This document shows positions 62,964-64,000 of a stretch of 64,000 bases of DNA, piece by piece (the first letter of the stretch is position 1; every line of letters starts with the position of its first letter). Position numbers and translations under genes: made by a program. The stretch lies in contig MU054338.1 of assembly GCA_013239625.1 (NCBI GenBank), forward strand, positions 3,619,371 to 3,683,370. The letters run 5' to 3'. Under the pieces are notes generated by a model. The model had not been told where the DNA came from. It did not search any database and saw only the letters and a program-made list of their open reading frames with translations. The stretch is from Lama guanicoe. Taxonomy: Eukaryota.

Positions 62964-64000
62964 CTGTTTACCAAAATTGATGTATTAATGTTAGAAAAAT
63001 GATTACAACAAACGCAAGATGAAAGTTAAGTGTGTGGATCTATCTGGATCAGACGAAGAGTCTTCCACCCCACACGGTTCAGAGACCCCAGTGCAGGCTG
63101 CTTCACTCCACACCCGAGTTTCACTGCCAGTCTTGGTTTCAAATGTGGCAAACAGGGCGTGGGTGGGAGAAGGCGGGATGAAACCCTCAGCACAGGCGTT
63201 CTGGAACAGCACAGCCCAGCACTCTGCACTACCTACAGCAAACCCGGCTTCTCAGAGGCACAGGGCTGGCGTGCACGATGCACGGCGGCCCGCCTGTTCA
63301 GCGGGGAAGCTGTCAAACCAGCTGTGTGGACAGCTGGATGATGGGCTGCATTTCTCACTTCTCAGCTGTTGGCTCAGGCCTCAGGCAGGTGGTCTCATAA
63401 CAGAACACTTTTGTGAAATGGCACTCCCAATGCGGTACAACATACTAATTTCTGGGATAAGCCAGGAAATGCTAACGGCTGACTCCCACTTCAGAGGTTC
63501 TCAAAGGCTGGGACTCCCCAACTGGCCACAAACTAGACTCTCCTAGGAAGTTTTTACACAGCTCAGAGCCCAGGGCCTCCTGCAGACACTGCCCCAGAGG
63601 CTCCAAGGGAGGAGCCGGGGAACATTTCCTAAAAGCTCCTCAGCTTCTTTTCTTCATTAGCTCATAAAGGGGAGAGAACATCAACAAAAGACAAGAAACC
63701 CCAAATAAAGATGGGCAAAGGTCATAACCAAATAAGAAGGGGACACACAGGACAGCCTCATTACAAGGAAAGATCCACAACCCAAAACATCACAGGAGAG
63801 GCAGAGTTTAGAGTCTGATCACACACACTGCAGGCTGGAGCAAGGAAGGACAGACACCCTACGTTCCAAGGTAAGCATGTGACCTAGTGGGGGAGGTAGT
63901 GGAGTCCCCAAATCGGATTCCTGGATCTATAACCTGGCCTTGCCACTTACTAGTGGCCTGGTACCTGCTACGCAATGAATGTAAGTATCTTCCAAAAACT

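Noticed and set aside
63019..63546. 175-aa plus-strand ORF
   Set aside because: Antisense within a SAFB2 intron with no recognisable features; no further SAFB2 exon found in 63000-64000.

Overview
Mammalian genomic DNA, very probably a camelid: it carries five copies of a tRNA-Ala(AGC)-derived SINE resembling the camelid Vic-1 family. It is orthologous to the human 19p13.3 TINCR-SAFB2 region (gene identities recognised from memory, no search run). On the minus strand, the right end holds the last 8 coding exons of SAFB2 (62963 down to stop at 55357; 357 aa, all GT-AG junctions in phase) with tandem poly(A) signals. About 12 kb downstream is a complete 3-exon TINCR gene encoding the 87-aa ubiquitin-like microprotein TUBL/pTINCR, whose last codon and stop are created by splicing. 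The left ~36 kb has no credible coding gene. It consists of old repeats (MIR, L2, MLT1, MER20/33/53, L1) with several repeat-free islands rich in homeodomain/SOX/POU motifs and one orphan CpG island with MEF2 and RFX sites. There is one 189-N gap. Most ORFs in the supplied track are chance or GC-shadow frames. No prokaryote-type system (CRISPR, operon) is present. The best leads are hypotheses: a candidate 12-nt SRRM4-type microexon/poison-exon switch in SAFB2, an in-frame upstream splice acceptor on TINCR, an NMD-predicting TINCR architecture, a bipartite CTCF site in TINCR, and the orphan CpG island.
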